From: Gemmatimonadales bacterium
GTDB lineage: Bacteria > Gemmatimonadota > Gemmatimonadetes > Gemmatimonadales > GWC2-71-9
Assembly (NCBI GenBank): GCA_041577295.1
Contig: JBFGJG010000034.1
Location: 1-42,372, forward strand
Direction of reading: 5' to 3'
DNA length: 42,372 nt
Under the pieces are notes generated by a model. That model was not told where the DNA came from. It searched no databases and saw only the letters and a list, made by a program, of their open reading frames with translations. This document shows, in pieces, positions 26,882 to 36,964 of this stretch. Position 1 is the first letter of the stretch. Each line of letters begins with the position of its first letter. The position numbers were made by a program, and so were the translations under genes.

Positions 26882-27181
26882 CGCTGGCTCTGTCGTGGTC
26901 CGACAGTTGCACTGGTACGGTGTGGTGTGTTCGCAACAGTGATGTGGGATTGAAACACCTTTGATGGCGCCATGTATTTGTTTCCGGCCGCAGCTACTGC
27001 AAAATCCTGCGTTCAAGAGCTCGACGCCGTCCTGATAAGTGAATGCCGTCCGCTCAACAACACCGCGCGTGACCCGCACTGTGGTCTAGGACCCTGGTTG
27101 CTCGCCGAGTGTCCGTCGCAGTTCTACCTTCTGTCGATTCATCTACCGTCCTCTACGGCACTCTGGGATATCGAGGAGCAC

Positions 27182-27943
27182 ATGGGCAGACTCACCGGCA
27201 AGCGCGCAGTGGTTACCGGCGGAAGCAACGGCATCGGGCGCGCCATCGTCCAAGCCTTCGCGCACGAGGGCGCCGCCGTGTTCTTCACACATCGCACGGA
27301 TCGGGCGGCCGCCGAAGAGGTGGCACTGCATGTGACGTCGCTCGGCGTGCGGAGCGGTCATATGCAACTCGACGCTCGCGAGCAGTCGGCCCCCCAACGG
27401 CTGCTGGAGGATTCGGTCGCCTTTCACGGAAGCGTCGACATCGTGGTGAACAATGCGGGGACCTATGCGCGCACCCCATTTCTCGATATCACACCAGATG
27501 AGTATGAGACGGTTCTAGACGTCAACCTGCGATTCCCGTTTTTCACGACCCAACTCTTCGCTCGCCATATGCAGGAACGGAATATCAAGGGTACGATCAT
27601 CAACGTCAGCTCACTCAGCGCAACTCGAGCTGTGAGCAGGATGGCGCACTACCAATGCAGCAAGGCGGCGCTCCACATGCTCACGCGGAGCGCAGCCTTC
27701 GAACTCGCGCCTTCGGGGATCCGCGTCAACACGATCTCACCGGGCCTCACCGCCACCAAGGCAAACCGCGATCAGTGGCACGACAACCCGGCGGTCTGGC
27801 AGCGTCGCGGAAAGATGATCCCGATGGGTCGCACGGGATTACCGAGCGATCATGCGGGCGCAGCGGTGTTTCTCGCCTCGGATGAGGCTTCGTGGATGAC
27901 GGGCGCCAACCTCCCCATCGACGGGGGACAGGAGGTTGTATAG
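27182..27943 (+). CDS. SDR family oxidoreductase (FabG/glucose dehydrogenase-like)
   Basis: SD GAGGAG. TGGSNGIG, VNNAG, NVSS, YQCSK (YxxxK), GIRVNTISPG, MTGANLPIDGG. Confidence 0.94.
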   Translation: MGRLTGKRAVVTGGSNGIGRAIVQAFAHEGAAVFFTHRTDRAAAEEVALHVTSLGVRSGHMQLDAREQSAPQRLLEDSVAFHGSVDIVVNNAGTYARTPFLDITPDEYETVLDVNLRFPFFTTQLFARHMQERNIKGTIINVSSLSATRAVSRMAHYQCSKAALHMLTRSAAFELAPSGIRVNTISPGLTATKANRDQWHDNPAVWQRRGKMIPMGRTGLPSDHAGAAVFLASDEASWMTGANLPIDGGQEVV

Positions 27944-27961
27944 CCGCGCGACCCAGCGGCA

Positions 27962-27985
27962 AGGTGAGATGGTGGACTCTCACCT
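27962..27985. terminator. Hairpin between convergent genes
   Basis: AGGTGAGA-N8-TCTCACCT between the SDR and TonB receptor stops; no clear U tract. Confidence 0.35.
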
Positions 27986-28012
27986 CACCGCTGAGCGACC
28001 GGCTGCGCGCTG

Positions 28013-30775
28013 TTACAGTGTGAGCTGCAGCCGACCGTAATAGAATCCTCCGTTCATGCCAAACTGGGTCACGCGACGGCTATAGAGAAACCTCCCCATG
28101 CCATTACAAGGCGTAGTACCGCAAGAGAGATTCACATCCTTCGTGTGCGGATCCGGGAAGGTGTTGAAGAGGTTGTTCGCGCCAACCGTGAAACGAACGC
28201 CGCTCGTGATCTCATAGGACACATCGAGGTCAAACAACGTCTTTGCGCCAAACGTCTCGTCGTCATCCTCGTCGGTCGGACGATAGAAGATCTTACCGTA
28301 GTAGTTCGCGCGCCAATTGATCGTGAACCGGTCGACCGCGTAGCGTGCGGATACGGAGCCCTTTGAGCGTGGCAAGGCCGACTCCAACCGGTTCTCCTCC
28401 TCACGATTGAACAAGGTCGACGCGACATCAAAACCGCTGCCGGCGAACACCACCTCCATTTCTGGTGGGACATTCGTCGCCGTGACGTCCGTGTCGGTGA
28501 AGTTGGCCGCACCCGTCAGGGTCAACGTGCCGGGGCCAGCCAGCGTGGTGTAGTTGGCAACGATGTCCAACCCCATCGTCTCGGTGTCCACGGCATTCGC
28601 AAAGAATTGGGCGGTGCTGACACCATCGCGCTGGAAGGGGGCGAGGATCTGAGCGACGGTGGGATCCCCATCGCTGAATCGACTGGTGAGTACGATCCGA
28701 TCGTCGATGCCCACGAAGTAAAAGTCGGCGGTGATCGAGAAGTTATCGAGGGGTTGGGCGGTAAACCCCGCGCTCAGATTGACGGACGTTTCCTCGGTGA
28801 GGTCGGGAACGCCGAACGCTTTGGTCACGCGACTTTGGTTGTTGCTGGTGAGCACCCGGCTCGGCTCGAGCGCACCGGTTCCCGGGTCGATCAGAAACTG
28901 AATGCTGACATTGTTGAACCACGCTTGATGCAAAGAAGGTGCGCGGAACCCGGTGCTAACGGCACCACGTAGCGCGAACCCAGGGGTCACCTCGTACCGG
29001 GTCGCGAGCTTTCCGGTCAATCGCTCGCCAAAGTCGCTAAAGCTCTCAAACCGACCGCCCACGTCGATCAAAAACTGGTCCGTGGCCTGGATCTCGAACC
29101 CGCCATAGAGACTGATACTGTTGCGATAACGATTGACCTCATTGCTGGGCTGAAATCCCGGAAACACCTGCGACCCAGGCGCCTTGGGTGAGCCGGATGA
29201 GGTCGTGTCGAAATCCACACCCGGAATGTCACCGCCGTTGCCGAGGATGTACGAGGCTTCCTCGCCGGCATCGATGCGATAGTTCTCGACGCGGAACTCA
29301 CCGCCTGCCACGAACGAAAGCGACCGCAGGGCGCCCTTGGTATCGATCAATCGCACCGCGTCGAAGTTGCCGACCGTCTGCTGGAAGTTCAGCCGACCCG
29401 CGTCGAACGTCGTCGGACTCGACGTCCCCATCGACGCGTTGTTGCTGTTCTCGATGTTGAATTGAAACGAGCTGCGACCATGCGTGACACTCAAGTCGAG
29501 ATCCCAACCCCGCGTCGTACCGCGAGCGCCGGCGGAGAACGATCCATCGAAGATCTGAGTATGGATCTCCGGTAGGAAGCCGTCGGGAAAGATCTCCGGT
29601 ACCACGCGGGCCTCGGAGTCGGGAAGTCGATAGAAACCGGTCGCTTCACCGTTCCGATGCGACGCGCCACCAAACGCGTAGAACTCTGAGCTTCCGGTAA
29701 GTGGGAACATCGAGTTGAAGAACACCATCCCGGCGGTGGTGAATCCCTGACCGGTTCTCATGCTGAAGTCTTCACGGGTCAGCCCACGGGCGGCCAGCTC
29801 CGCATCCGTTGCCGCCGCACCGGAGATGCCCGGAAAGATGTCACCCTGCCAGGGATCGGAGCGATCGGTGCGACCGATATCGAGATACTGCCCTGTCACG
29901 TTCAAGAACCCATCGCCGATCGGGAACCCAAAGTTCACGTCGGTCCGGACCTGCTCCCCGTCACCTTCTCCTGTCACGCCCGCCTGCCCATTGATCTGCA
30001 CCTCGCCCGTCTGCTCTTTGAGCACGATGTTGATCACGCCGGCAATGGCGTCGGATCCGTATTGCGCCGCGGCCCCATCCCGTAGTACCTCGATGCGTTC
30101 AATGGCCGAAGGCGGTATGGCATTGAGGTCAACGCCAACCGTTCCCCGGCCAAATGTGCCGTTCACGTGCAGTAGTGCGCTCTGATGGCGCCGCTTGCCG
30201 TTCACGAGCACGAGCACCTGATCGGGTCCGAGCCCACGGAGGCTGGCCGGGTTGATGTGATCCGTGCCGTCAGCAATCGTCTGATAGGATGCATTGAACG
30301 AGGGTGCCGCCACGTGAAGGATCTGATTCACCTCGGTCTGCCCGATCTCGCGTATCTGAGCGGCTGGGATGACATCCACCGGTACAGGGGTCTCTGTCGC
30401 GGTGCGCTCGGTACGGGATCCAACGACCACGATGCGATCGATGAGCAGCGCACCTCGGGCCAACTGGAAGTTCACCGTCGCAGTGGCACCCGCGCCAACC
30501 GTCACCTGTTGCTCCTGAGCCTCGTAGCCGATCAGCCGGGCGCGCACAGTGTGGGTGCCAGCCGGAACCGACAACTCGAACGCACCCTGCTCGTCAGTCG
30601 TCGCACCACGGGCGGTACCGAGAACAGCCACGGAGGCGCTCCGGAGCGGCGTGCCGTCGACGCTGGTAACGGTTCCGCGGATGGTTGCCTGCTGAGCGGC
30701 CGCTGGTCGGGAGCCGACCACCGTGAGCGTGAGGACCAGAGCGATGACAAGCCCCGTGTGTAGGAAAGCCTTCAC
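28013..30775 (-). CDS. TonB-dependent receptor with N-terminal carboxypeptidase-regulatory-like domain
   Basis: SD GAGGAGG, signal peptide, IRGTVT..GATTDEQGAF..IGY, plug LRGLGPDQVLVLVNGKRRH and IERIEVLRDGAAAQYGSDAIAGVINI, GANNLFN near the end. Confidence 0.93.
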   Translation of the reverse strand: MKAFLHTGLVIALVLTLTVVGSRPAAAQQATIRGTVTSVDGTPLRSASVAVLGTARGATTDEQGAFELSVPAGTHTVRARLIGYEAQEQQVTVGAGATATVNFQLARGALLIDRIVVVGSRTERTATETPVPVDVIPAAQIREIGQTEVNQILHVAAPSFNASYQTIADGTDHINPASLRGLGPDQVLVLVNGKRRHQSALLHVNGTFGRGTVGVDLNAIPPSAIERIEVLRDGAAAQYGSDAIAGVINIVLKEQTGEVQINGQAGVTGEGDGEQVRTDVNFGFPIGDGFLNVTGQYLDIGRTDRSDPWQGDIFPGISGAAATDAELAARGLTREDFSMRTGQGFTTAGMVFFNSMFPLTGSSEFYAFGGASHRNGEATGFYRLPDSEARVVPEIFPDGFLPEIHTQIFDGSFSAGARGTTRGWDLDLSVTHGRSSFQFNIENSNNASMGTSSPTTFDAGRLNFQQTVGNFDAVRLIDTKGALRSLSFVAGGEFRVENYRIDAGEEASYILGNGGDIPGVDFDTTSSGSPKAPGSQVFPGFQPSNEVNRYRNSISLYGGFEIQATDQFLIDVGGRFESFSDFGERLTGKLATRYEVTPGFALRGAVSTGFRAPSLHQAWFNNVSIQFLIDPGTGALEPSRVLTSNNQSRVTKAFGVPDLTEETSVNLSAGFTAQPLDNFSITADFYFVGIDDRIVLTSRFSDGDPTVAQILAPFQRDGVSTAQFFANAVDTETMGLDIVANYTTLAGPGTLTLTGAANFTDTDVTATNVPPEMEVVFAGSGFDVASTLFNREEENRLESALPRSKGSVSARYAVDRFTINWRANYYGKIFYRPTDEDDDETFGAKTLFDLDVSYEITSGVRFTVGANNLFNTFPDPHTKDVNLSCGTTPCNGMGRFLYSRRVTQFGMNGGFYYGRLQLTL

Positions 30776-31018
30776 GATGCACCTCCTCGTCTTGCGATTG
30801 GCCAGCCGATAGCTGAGCGGTTGGGAACCAGGACGGCGGCGGGCAATGCGTGGAACCCAGGGGCGGGAAGGCGGTGGCTAGCAGCTACCGGCGGAGTTTT
30901 CACGAGTATGGAGCGCGGTACTGGCGAGGGCAAGGTGGCTCCTCCGAGAGAGCAATCCCATGGGATAACTTTCCTCTGCCAGCCAATTGCGCTTTGCGAG
31001 CGCCCAGAGGAGGCTGAA

Positions 31019-31400
31019 ATGCACTCAATGGCGCACACCGTTCCACATGCTTGCTCGTCGCGTTGGCCGCGTGCGGTAGCTCGACCCAGTCGGCGTCAGA
31101 TACCACGCCGCAACGTTCGTCTCGATACGTCCTCGTGGCCGAGGTCATGAGAGCGACCGGTGCCGAGTTCATCTACGATGCCATACAGCAGCTGCACGAT
31201 CGCGGGGTCCGGAGCCACGCCGAGCCGCGGGGATGGTGAGCGACGCCAAACCTCGGCGTCGACAGGTGTGGCGACGCTCGAGCCGTTCGTGGTGCAGGAT
31301 GGCATGCGGGTGCGGTTCATCGAGGGCTCCGAAGCTAGCACGACGTTGGGGGCCTCGAGCGGCGCTCGGCGCGATTGAAGTCATCCGGCGACGTACGTGA
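31019..31400 (+). pseudogene. Frameshifted remnant of a small plug-like lipoprotein
   Basis: SD GAGGAGG plus ATG 31019, but the lipobox LLVALAAC and IYDAIQQL lie in a second frame. VVQDGMR-VRFIEGSEASTTLG lies in a third frame, and GAIEVI needs a further shift. Confidence 0.5.
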
Positions 31401-31417
31401 TGGCGGGGACGGCACCG

Positions 31418-31446
31418 TTGTCGCGACCTGCCGAAGGGATTAAGAT
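31418..31446 (+). promoter_or_regulatory. Sigma70 promoter of tRNA-Val
   Basis: TTGTCG-N17-TAAGAT, 12 bp before the tRNA. Confidence 0.6.
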
Positions 31447-31458
31447 TGGCCTTGTTGC

Positions 31459-31532
31459 GGGTGGTTAGCTCAGCTGGTTAGAGCGCCGGTCTCACATACC
31501 GGAGGTCACTGGTTCGAGTCCAGTACCGCCCA
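31459..31532 (+). tRNA. tRNA-Val (anticodon CAC), CCA not encoded
   Basis: Acceptor GGGTGGT/ACCGCCC-A; D arm AGCTCAGCTGGTTAGAGC; anticodon arm CCGGT-CTCACAT-ACCGG; T arm ACTGG-TTCGAGT-CCAGT. Confidence 0.97.
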
Positions 31533-31533
31533 T

Positions 31534-31569
31534 GAGGGCGAGGCGCGGGGAGCCTCGCCCTCGCCGTTT
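31534..31569 (+). terminator. Strong hairpin after the tRNA (terminator or processing stem)
   Basis: GAGGGCGAGGC-N7-GCCTCGCCCTC 11-bp stem, then GCCGTTT. Confidence 0.6.
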
Positions 31570-31672
31570 CTGCACCGATCCGCGGTGCTACCCACTTACA
31601 GCGCACCATAACTGCCACCATCGTGACGGATTTCGGCGGCATATCTGACGATTCTCGAAAGGGACCAGCCGT

Positions 31673-32182
31673 ATGAACGCAGTCCAGTTGCACCTCGCCC
31701 TCAACCACTTCCCGATCATCGGGGTGTTGCTCATGATCCCGCTGCTCGCATGGGGGCTCGCACGGCGGTCCCGCGATCTCTTGCGGGCGACGCTCGGACT
31801 GACCGTCTTGCTTGCAGTCATGACCTACCCGGTTGTGTTGTCGGGTGAGTCGGCCGAAGAGCTAGTGGAAGACCGCGAGTGGGCGAGTGAAGCGATCATT
31901 CACGAGCACGAAGAGCGTGGTGAGAAGACGCTCATCATGATGCTCGTGACAGGTGCCGTTGCGGCATTCGGTCTGTGGCGCCTCCGTGGCGACCGAGCAC
32001 CCGACCGACTGGTGCCGGGCATCACGCTCGGGATGCTCGTCGTAAGCTCTGCGTTACTCGTGTGGACATCTCTTGAAGGTGGTCAAATCCGTCACGACGA
32101 GATTCGTCCTGGCGGCACGTCAATGACAGAAGGGAGCGGTCCGGGTGGAGAAGACCACGGTCGGGAGGACCACGACCGATAG
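31673..32182 (+). CDS. Membrane protein (DUF2231-like) with conserved His residues
   Basis: HLALNHFPI, SGESAEE, IHEHEERG, GGQIRHDEIR; four TM segments. Confidence 0.8.
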   Translation: MNAVQLHLALNHFPIIGVLLMIPLLAWGLARRSRDLLRATLGLTVLLAVMTYPVVLSGESAEELVEDREWASEAIIHEHEERGEKTLIMMLVTGAVAAFGLWRLRGDRAPDRLVPGITLGMLVVSSALLVWTSLEGGQIRHDEIRPGGTSMTEGSGPGGEDHGREDHDR

Positions 32183-32207
32183 TCTCCGCGCCCGTTGTGG
32201 AGCGAGC

Positions 32208-32816
32208 CTACTGACCTGGCGGTCGCTCCGTGAGCAACGCAACTGACAGATACCCAAGACGCTTGCCGTCCACGTAAACGACCGACCACTGACGATCGGG
32301 GTTGATGACGCTCACTGGCTGACCGGGTAATAGAATTTTGACCACCGTGCTGGTTGTGCCCGGTCGCTCCCGCACGTTGACCCAGGTCTGCGTCCACAGC
32401 GTCTCGGATTCCCGTGGCGTTGCCGAGTCGACCCGCGCGAGGGGAGAGCTCACCACCGGCCGGGTCGGCTGCCGCTCGGTGATCACAGCGCCGGGCTGCC
32501 GGGACTCGCGCGCGGGCGTCATGATCGAGAGGGTATCCGCGCTCGGCGGGTTGGGAAGTGGTGCCTGCAAGAGTGGTTGCGGTGTTGCGGGCGGCGCACC
32601 TGCCGAGCTCATCGGTCCGCCGGACTGCACTGCCCACACGCCAATCGCGATGCCGGCCACACCAAGCAGGCCCCCAACCACGATCCAACCGCGTCGCCGA
32701 CGATCGACCCGGATCGCGTCCCGCTGAGCCGGGTCCAGTGCGCGCCCACACCCAGGACACTTGGAGGCCGCGCTCAGAACGGTATGGCCGCACTTGGAAC
32801 ACTTGATGAGCGCCAC
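32208..32816 (-). CDS. Zinc-ribbon / TM / bacterial SH3 domain protein
   Basis: CSKCG...CPGCG; TM after RRRR; Pro-rich linker; VNVRERPGTTSTVVKILLPGQPV..WSVV..GYL (SH3b). Confidence 0.85.
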   Translation of the reverse strand: MALIKCSKCGHTVLSAASKCPGCGRALDPAQRDAIRVDRRRRGWIVVGGLLGVAGIAIGVWAVQSGGPMSSAGAPPATPQPLLQAPLPNPPSADTLSIMTPARESRQPGAVITERQPTRPVVSSPLARVDSATPRESETLWTQTWVNVRERPGTTSTVVKILLPGQPVSVINPDRQWSVVYVDGKRLGYLSVALLTERPPGQ

Positions 32817-32831
32817 GAAGTACCCCTGGGG

Positions 32832-32855
32832 AAAAAAAGGGGCGGTAATCCGCCC
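32832..32855 (-). terminator. Intrinsic terminator in the leader of the SH3 gene
   Basis: Minus strand GGGCGG-ATTA-CCGCCC-C-TTTTTTT, ending 15 bp before GTG 32816. Confidence 0.7.
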
Positions 32856-32966
32856 GAAACTGCCCGCTTTGAGACAGTGTCGCTACCCTTTAAACGTCGG
32901 CTGAAATGCCCGCCGAGGCAAGGGTTGGGCTAGATCTAACAGGAAAAACGTTGCAAGGAGTGCGCC

Positions 32967-33557
32967 GTGCGCGGCATCGAGCAGGTTCCCTGGTTGTACG
33001 ACGCTGTCAATCGAGTCGCTGAAAGCGCGGGACTGCGAGTGTGGCGGCGTTGGCTTGTCGAGGGAGCAAAAGGTCGTACGCTCGAGATAGGCTGTGGCAC
33101 GGGCCGGAATCTCCCCTTCTTTCACCCTGGCAGCAGCGTGGTGGGCATCGACCGGGATCCTCGCGTGCTCCGGTCGGCGCGACGCCGTGCTCCCGCCGTC
33201 AGCCTGCTCCAAGCTCGCGCCGAAGAGCTCCCATTCGCGGCCGGTGCCTTTTCCACGGTGGTTACCGGGTTTGCCATGTGTAGCGTGGACGATCCAGCGG
33301 GCGTGCTGACCGAGGTGCTCCGCGTGCTCCGGTCCGATGGAGAGCTCCGCATGATGGAGCATGTCCGAGCGGAAGGAAAGGTGATGGCCGGCTTGCAGGA
33401 CAAAGTGCAGCCGTTCTGGACATGGTTGACCGGTGGGTGCCGGCCCAATCGGGATACCGAAGCAAGCGTCCGGTCCGCCGGGTTTGTCATCGACGAGAGC
33501 CTCCGAAGGGCCGACGGGACCTTGAGGCGACTAGTCGCACGCCGCGCGAGGGCGTAA
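32967..33557 (+). CDS. Class I SAM-dependent methyltransferase
   Basis: [53 protein letters not shown]. Confidence 0.9.
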   Translation: MRGIEQVPWLYDAVNRVAESAGLRVWRRWLVEGAKGRTLEIGCGTGRNLPFFHPGSSVVGIDRDPRVLRSARRRAPAVSLLQARAEELPFAAGAFSTVVTGFAMCSVDDPAGVLTEVLRVLRSDGELRMMEHVRAEGKVMAGLQDKVQPFWTWLTGGCRPNRDTEASVRSAGFVIDESLRRADGTLRRLVARRARA

Positions 33558-33661
33558 CGCTCGTCCCCACTCGGATTGCGCCTCTGGCAATCCCCTGCGG
33601 GGCGCCCTATTGTTTCCCGTCCACCGTTTACCCCCTGACACCGCCGCGGAGGCTCCTAGCC

Positions 33662-35404
33662 GTGGATACCGTAACCCACGACGTGCTCCTGGTTGGCGGT
33701 GGTGGTGCGGGCCTCCGTGCGGCGATCGCAGTTGCCGAAGCCAATCCAAAGCTGAACGTGGGCGTGGTATCCAAGGTGTATCCCATGCGCAGCCACACCG
33801 TCTCCGCCGAAGGCGGAGCGGCGGCGGTGATCAAGCAAGACGACAGCCTCGACGCCCACGCGTATGACACCATCAGCGGGGGCGACTGGCTCTGCGATCA
33901 GGACGCCGTTGAGGCGTTCGTGCAGGAGGCGCCCGAAGAGATGCTTCGGTTGGAGCACTGGGGGTGCCCATGGAGCCGCGAACCAGACGGTCATATCGCC
34001 GTGCGCCCGTTTGGAGGGATGAAGATCCGACGCACATGGTTTGCGGCGGACAAGACCGGCTTCCACATGTTGCATACACTGTTTCAGACCACCCTGAGAG
34101 TCTCCTCGATCGTCCGCCACGACGAGTGGTTCGTCACGAGACTGCTGGTCGATGACGGCCGGTGTCATGGCGTTGTAGCGATTGAGCTCAAGACCGGAAA
34201 GGTCCACGCGGTCCTTGCGAACGCCGTGATTCTGTGCACAGGCGGTGGTGGGAAGGTGTTCCCGTTTACGACCAATGCCAACATCAAGACTGGCGACGGG
34301 ATGGCGCTCGCCTACCGAGCGGGAGTCGCGCTCAAGGACATGGAGTTTATCCAGTACCATCCGACCGGGCTTCCATTCACCGGTATTCTGATTACCGAAG
34401 CGGCACGCGCCGAGGGCGGATGGCTCCTGAACAAAGACGGTTACCGGTATCTCCAGGACTACGATCTCGGGAGGCCGGAGGCGAAACCGGTCCTGAGAGC
34501 CATGGAACTGGGTCCGCGCGATCGTCTCTCGCAAGCGTTCGTAAAGGAGATGGAGCAGGGACGAACCATCGAGACCCAGTATGGACACGTCGTCCATCTC
34601 GACTTACGACATCTGGGTGAAAAGCTGATCGACACGAAGATTCCCTTCGTCAGGGAACTCTGCCTCAAGTATCAGCACCTCGACCCCGTGCGTGAGCTGA
34701 TCCCGGTGCGACCGGTGGTGCATTACATGATGGGGGGAGTGCATACAGATAAGAACGCGCAAACCTCGCTCGAAGGGCTGTACGCGGCCGGTGAGGTCGC
34801 CTGCGTGAGCATCAATGGCGCCAATCGACTGGGTTCGAACTCCCTGACGGAGCTGCTGGTATTTGGTGCGCGGGCGGGAGTGGGCGCGGCGGAGTACGCC
34901 ACCGCCCAACCGCGTGGCACGGCTACCGTTCTCGCGCAGGCACTGGACGAGGAACGCCGCCTACAGCACGATGTCCTTGGCCGGACCAACGGGAAAGAGC
35001 GGGTGGCCACCTTGCGGACCGAGATGCAGGAGACGATGGAGCAGGCGGTGGGAATTTACCGTGATGACAAAGGTTTACGAGATGCTGCCGCGGCGATTGC
35101 CGATTTACACGAGCGATATGAGCACGTGACGCTGGACGATCGAAGCCGCACGTTCAATACGGAGTTGGTTGCGTACCTCGAGCTCGGTAATCTGCTGGAT
35201 GTTGCCGAAGCGATCATTCATTCGGGCTTGGCTCGGACCGAGTCGAGAGGCGCCCATCAGCGCACGGACTATCCCGAGCGAGACGACGATCGGTTTCTCG
35301 CACATTCGTTGGCGTATCGTGCAACCCGGGGATCGCCGCGAATCGAGTACCTCCCCGTCATGGTCACTAGGTGGCCACCTGCTGAGCGCGTCTATGGAAG
35401 GTGA
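33662..35404 (+). CDS. frdA: Fumarate reductase flavoprotein subunit
   Basis: [20 protein letters not shown] (FAD His with Glu, the FRD-type residue), [40 protein letters not shown]. Confidence 0.93.
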   Translation: MDTVTHDVLLVGGGGAGLRAAIAVAEANPKLNVGVVSKVYPMRSHTVSAEGGAAAVIKQDDSLDAHAYDTISGGDWLCDQDAVEAFVQEAPEEMLRLEHWGCPWSREPDGHIAVRPFGGMKIRRTWFAADKTGFHMLHTLFQTTLRVSSIVRHDEWFVTRLLVDDGRCHGVVAIELKTGKVHAVLANAVILCTGGGGKVFPFTTNANIKTGDGMALAYRAGVALKDMEFIQYHPTGLPFTGILITEAARAEGGWLLNKDGYRYLQDYDLGRPEAKPVLRAMELGPRDRLSQAFVKEMEQGRTIETQYGHVVHLDLRHLGEKLIDTKIPFVRELCLKYQHLDPVRELIPVRPVVHYMMGGVHTDKNAQTSLEGLYAAGEVACVSINGANRLGSNSLTELLVFGARAGVGAAEYATAQPRGTATVLAQALDEERRLQHDVLGRTNGKERVATLRTEMQETMEQAVGIYRDDKGLRDAAAAIADLHERYEHVTLDDRSRTFNTELVAYLELGNLLDVAEAIIHSGLARTESRGAHQRTDYPERDDDRFLAHSLAYRATRGSPRIEYLPVMVTRWPPAERVYGR

Positions 35405-35410
35405 ACGTCG

Positions 35411-36154
35411 ATGCCGGACTCGCTAACCCTCGTTGTGCGCCGTTATCGGCCAGAAGAAGAGAGCGAGCCAACGTGGAGCAGCTATGACGTACCGTTCCGC
35501 GCCGACTGGATGATTCTAGACGCCTTGAACTACATCAAGGATCATTTGGATGGCACGCTGTCGTTTCGCTGGGCCTGTCGCATGGGTGTGTGCGGCAGTT
35601 GCGGGATGATGGTGAACGGCCAGCCGGTACTGACCTGCGCAACCTATCTCGAGAGCTTTCGTCCGGGGCCAATCCGCGTCGAGCCGTTGCGCGGTTTCCC
35701 TGTAATTCGGGATCTAGTGGGCGACCTCACCGATTTCCTCGAAAAGCTCCAGAGTGTGAAACCCTGGATCGTGCGGAAGGAGGAGAAGCCCCTGCGCGAG
35801 GGTGAGTTCCTCCAGACACCGGGCGAGCTTGCCGAGTACAAGCAGTACAGCATGTGCATCAACTGCATGCTGTGCTATGCGGCGTGTCCGATCTACGAGC
35901 TCGAGCCGGAGTTCGTCGGCCCCGCTGCGATTGCATTGGCCCAGCGATACAACTTGGATTCACGGGACGACGGTTTGTCCGATCGGATGGATGTGCTCTC
36001 GCAGCACAGCGGGATCTGGGCGTGTACCTTCGTGGGCGAGTGCTCGGCAGTCTGTCCCAAGAACGTCGACCCGGCCGGGGCAATCCAACGCTACAAGGTG
36101 GCCGCGACCGTCGACATGATGAAGTCTCTGGTACTCCCGTGGCGCAGAGGTTGA
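35411..36154 (+). CDS. frdB: Fumarate reductase iron-sulfur subunit
   Basis: CRMGVCGSC...[25 protein letters not shown]. Confidence 0.94.
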   Translation: MPDSLTLVVRRYRPEEESEPTWSSYDVPFRADWMILDALNYIKDHLDGTLSFRWACRMGVCGSCGMMVNGQPVLTCATYLESFRPGPIRVEPLRGFPVIRDLVGDLTDFLEKLQSVKPWIVRKEEKPLREGEFLQTPGELAEYKQYSMCINCMLCYAACPIYELEPEFVGPAAIALAQRYNLDSRDDGLSDRMDVLSQHSGIWACTFVGECSAVCPKNVDPAGAIQRYKVAATVDMMKSLVLPWRRG

Positions 36155-36564
36155 ACACCGACTACACGCGGTACCACCCCAAGTGGTACCGGCGGCGGAT
36201 GCCCATCTTTTGGTGGCTGGGGAAGGGTGCCTACCTGAAGTTCATAGTGCGCGAGCTGACGAGTCTGTCGGTCGCGTACGCCGCGCTGCTCCTCTTGTTA
36301 CAGGCCTGGTTCGCCACCCATGGTGAAGATCGCTATCTCCAATTTACGGAGTGGCTGCAGTCCGCGCCCATCATCTCGTTGCACGTTGTCGTGCTGCTGG
36401 CCTTGCTCTTCCACACGGTCACATGGCTGGGTCTTGCCCCCAAAGCGCTCGTGATCAAGCTGGGGGGTCGACGACTACCCGATCGGTTGGTGTTGGCCGG
36501 GCACTACGTAGCCTGGGGTGGGACGACGGTCGTGCTGTTGTGGATTCTTCTCGGAGTAGCTTGA
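36151..36564 (+). CDS. frdC: Fumarate reductase membrane anchor C
   Basis: TTG start overlapping the frdB stop. [33 protein letters not shown]; three TM segments. Confidence 0.9.
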   Translation: MNTDYTRYHPKWYRRRMPIFWWLGKGAYLKFIVRELTSLSVAYAALLLLLQAWFATHGEDRYLQFTEWLQSAPIISLHVVVLLALLFHTVTWLGLAPKALVIKLGGRRLPDRLVLAGHYVAWGGTTVVLLWILLGVA

Positions 36565-36914
36565 TGCCCCGATCTCGAGAGCCGATCTTGTGGGCGCTGT
36601 TCAGCGCTGGTGGGATGTTGTCGGCCCTCGTCTTCCCGGCACTTGCGTTTGTCCTGTGGGTCGCCATGCCACTCGGATTGGTGGAGCCGCTTGCCTGGCA
36701 GGATATGATCGGACTAGTCCGCCATCCTCTCACTCGGCTTTTTTTGTTTGCGCTGGTGACGCTATCGTTGTTCCACTGGGCGCACCGGTTTCGCTATACC
36801 TTATATGACGGTCTGCAGCTCTATCACCTCAATCAGTTGATCGCGGTTGTGACGTACGGGGCAGCGGTCGTCCTGAGTAGTGTAGCGGGGTACGTGTTGC
36901 TGGTTGTTCTCTAA
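36564..36914 (+). CDS. frdD: Fumarate reductase membrane anchor D
   Basis: TGATG overlap. RSREPILWALFSAGGM..HWAHRFRYTLYD; three TM segments. Confidence 0.92.
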   Translation: MPRSREPILWALFSAGGMLSALVFPALAFVLWVAMPLGLVEPLAWQDMIGLVRHPLTRLFLFALVTLSLFHWAHRFRYTLYDGLQLYHLNQLIAVVTYGAAVVLSSVAGYVLLVVL

Positions 36915-36964
36915 CTCACCGCGACGCCCCACCGGGGATTTCGCATGGAGCAAGGAGTGCGGTC

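Noticed and set aside
31012..31022. 11-mer GGCTGAAATGC shared with 32899-32909
   Set aside because: Repeats of this length are expected by chance in 42 kb, and the flanks do not extend the match.
30790..31030. Riboswitch upstream of the large TonB receptor
   Set aside because: Only a short palindrome (ATCCCATGGGAT) was seen; no TPP, cobalamin, FMN, SAM or c-di-GMP core was recognisable by eye.
31020..31035. NtrC-like box TGCACTCAATGGCGCA
   Set aside because: One base short of the 17-bp spacing and unpaired.
31459..31532. tRNA-Val as an integration site for an island
   Set aside because: No integrase, no duplicated tRNA 3' end and no clear compositional break seen in the window.
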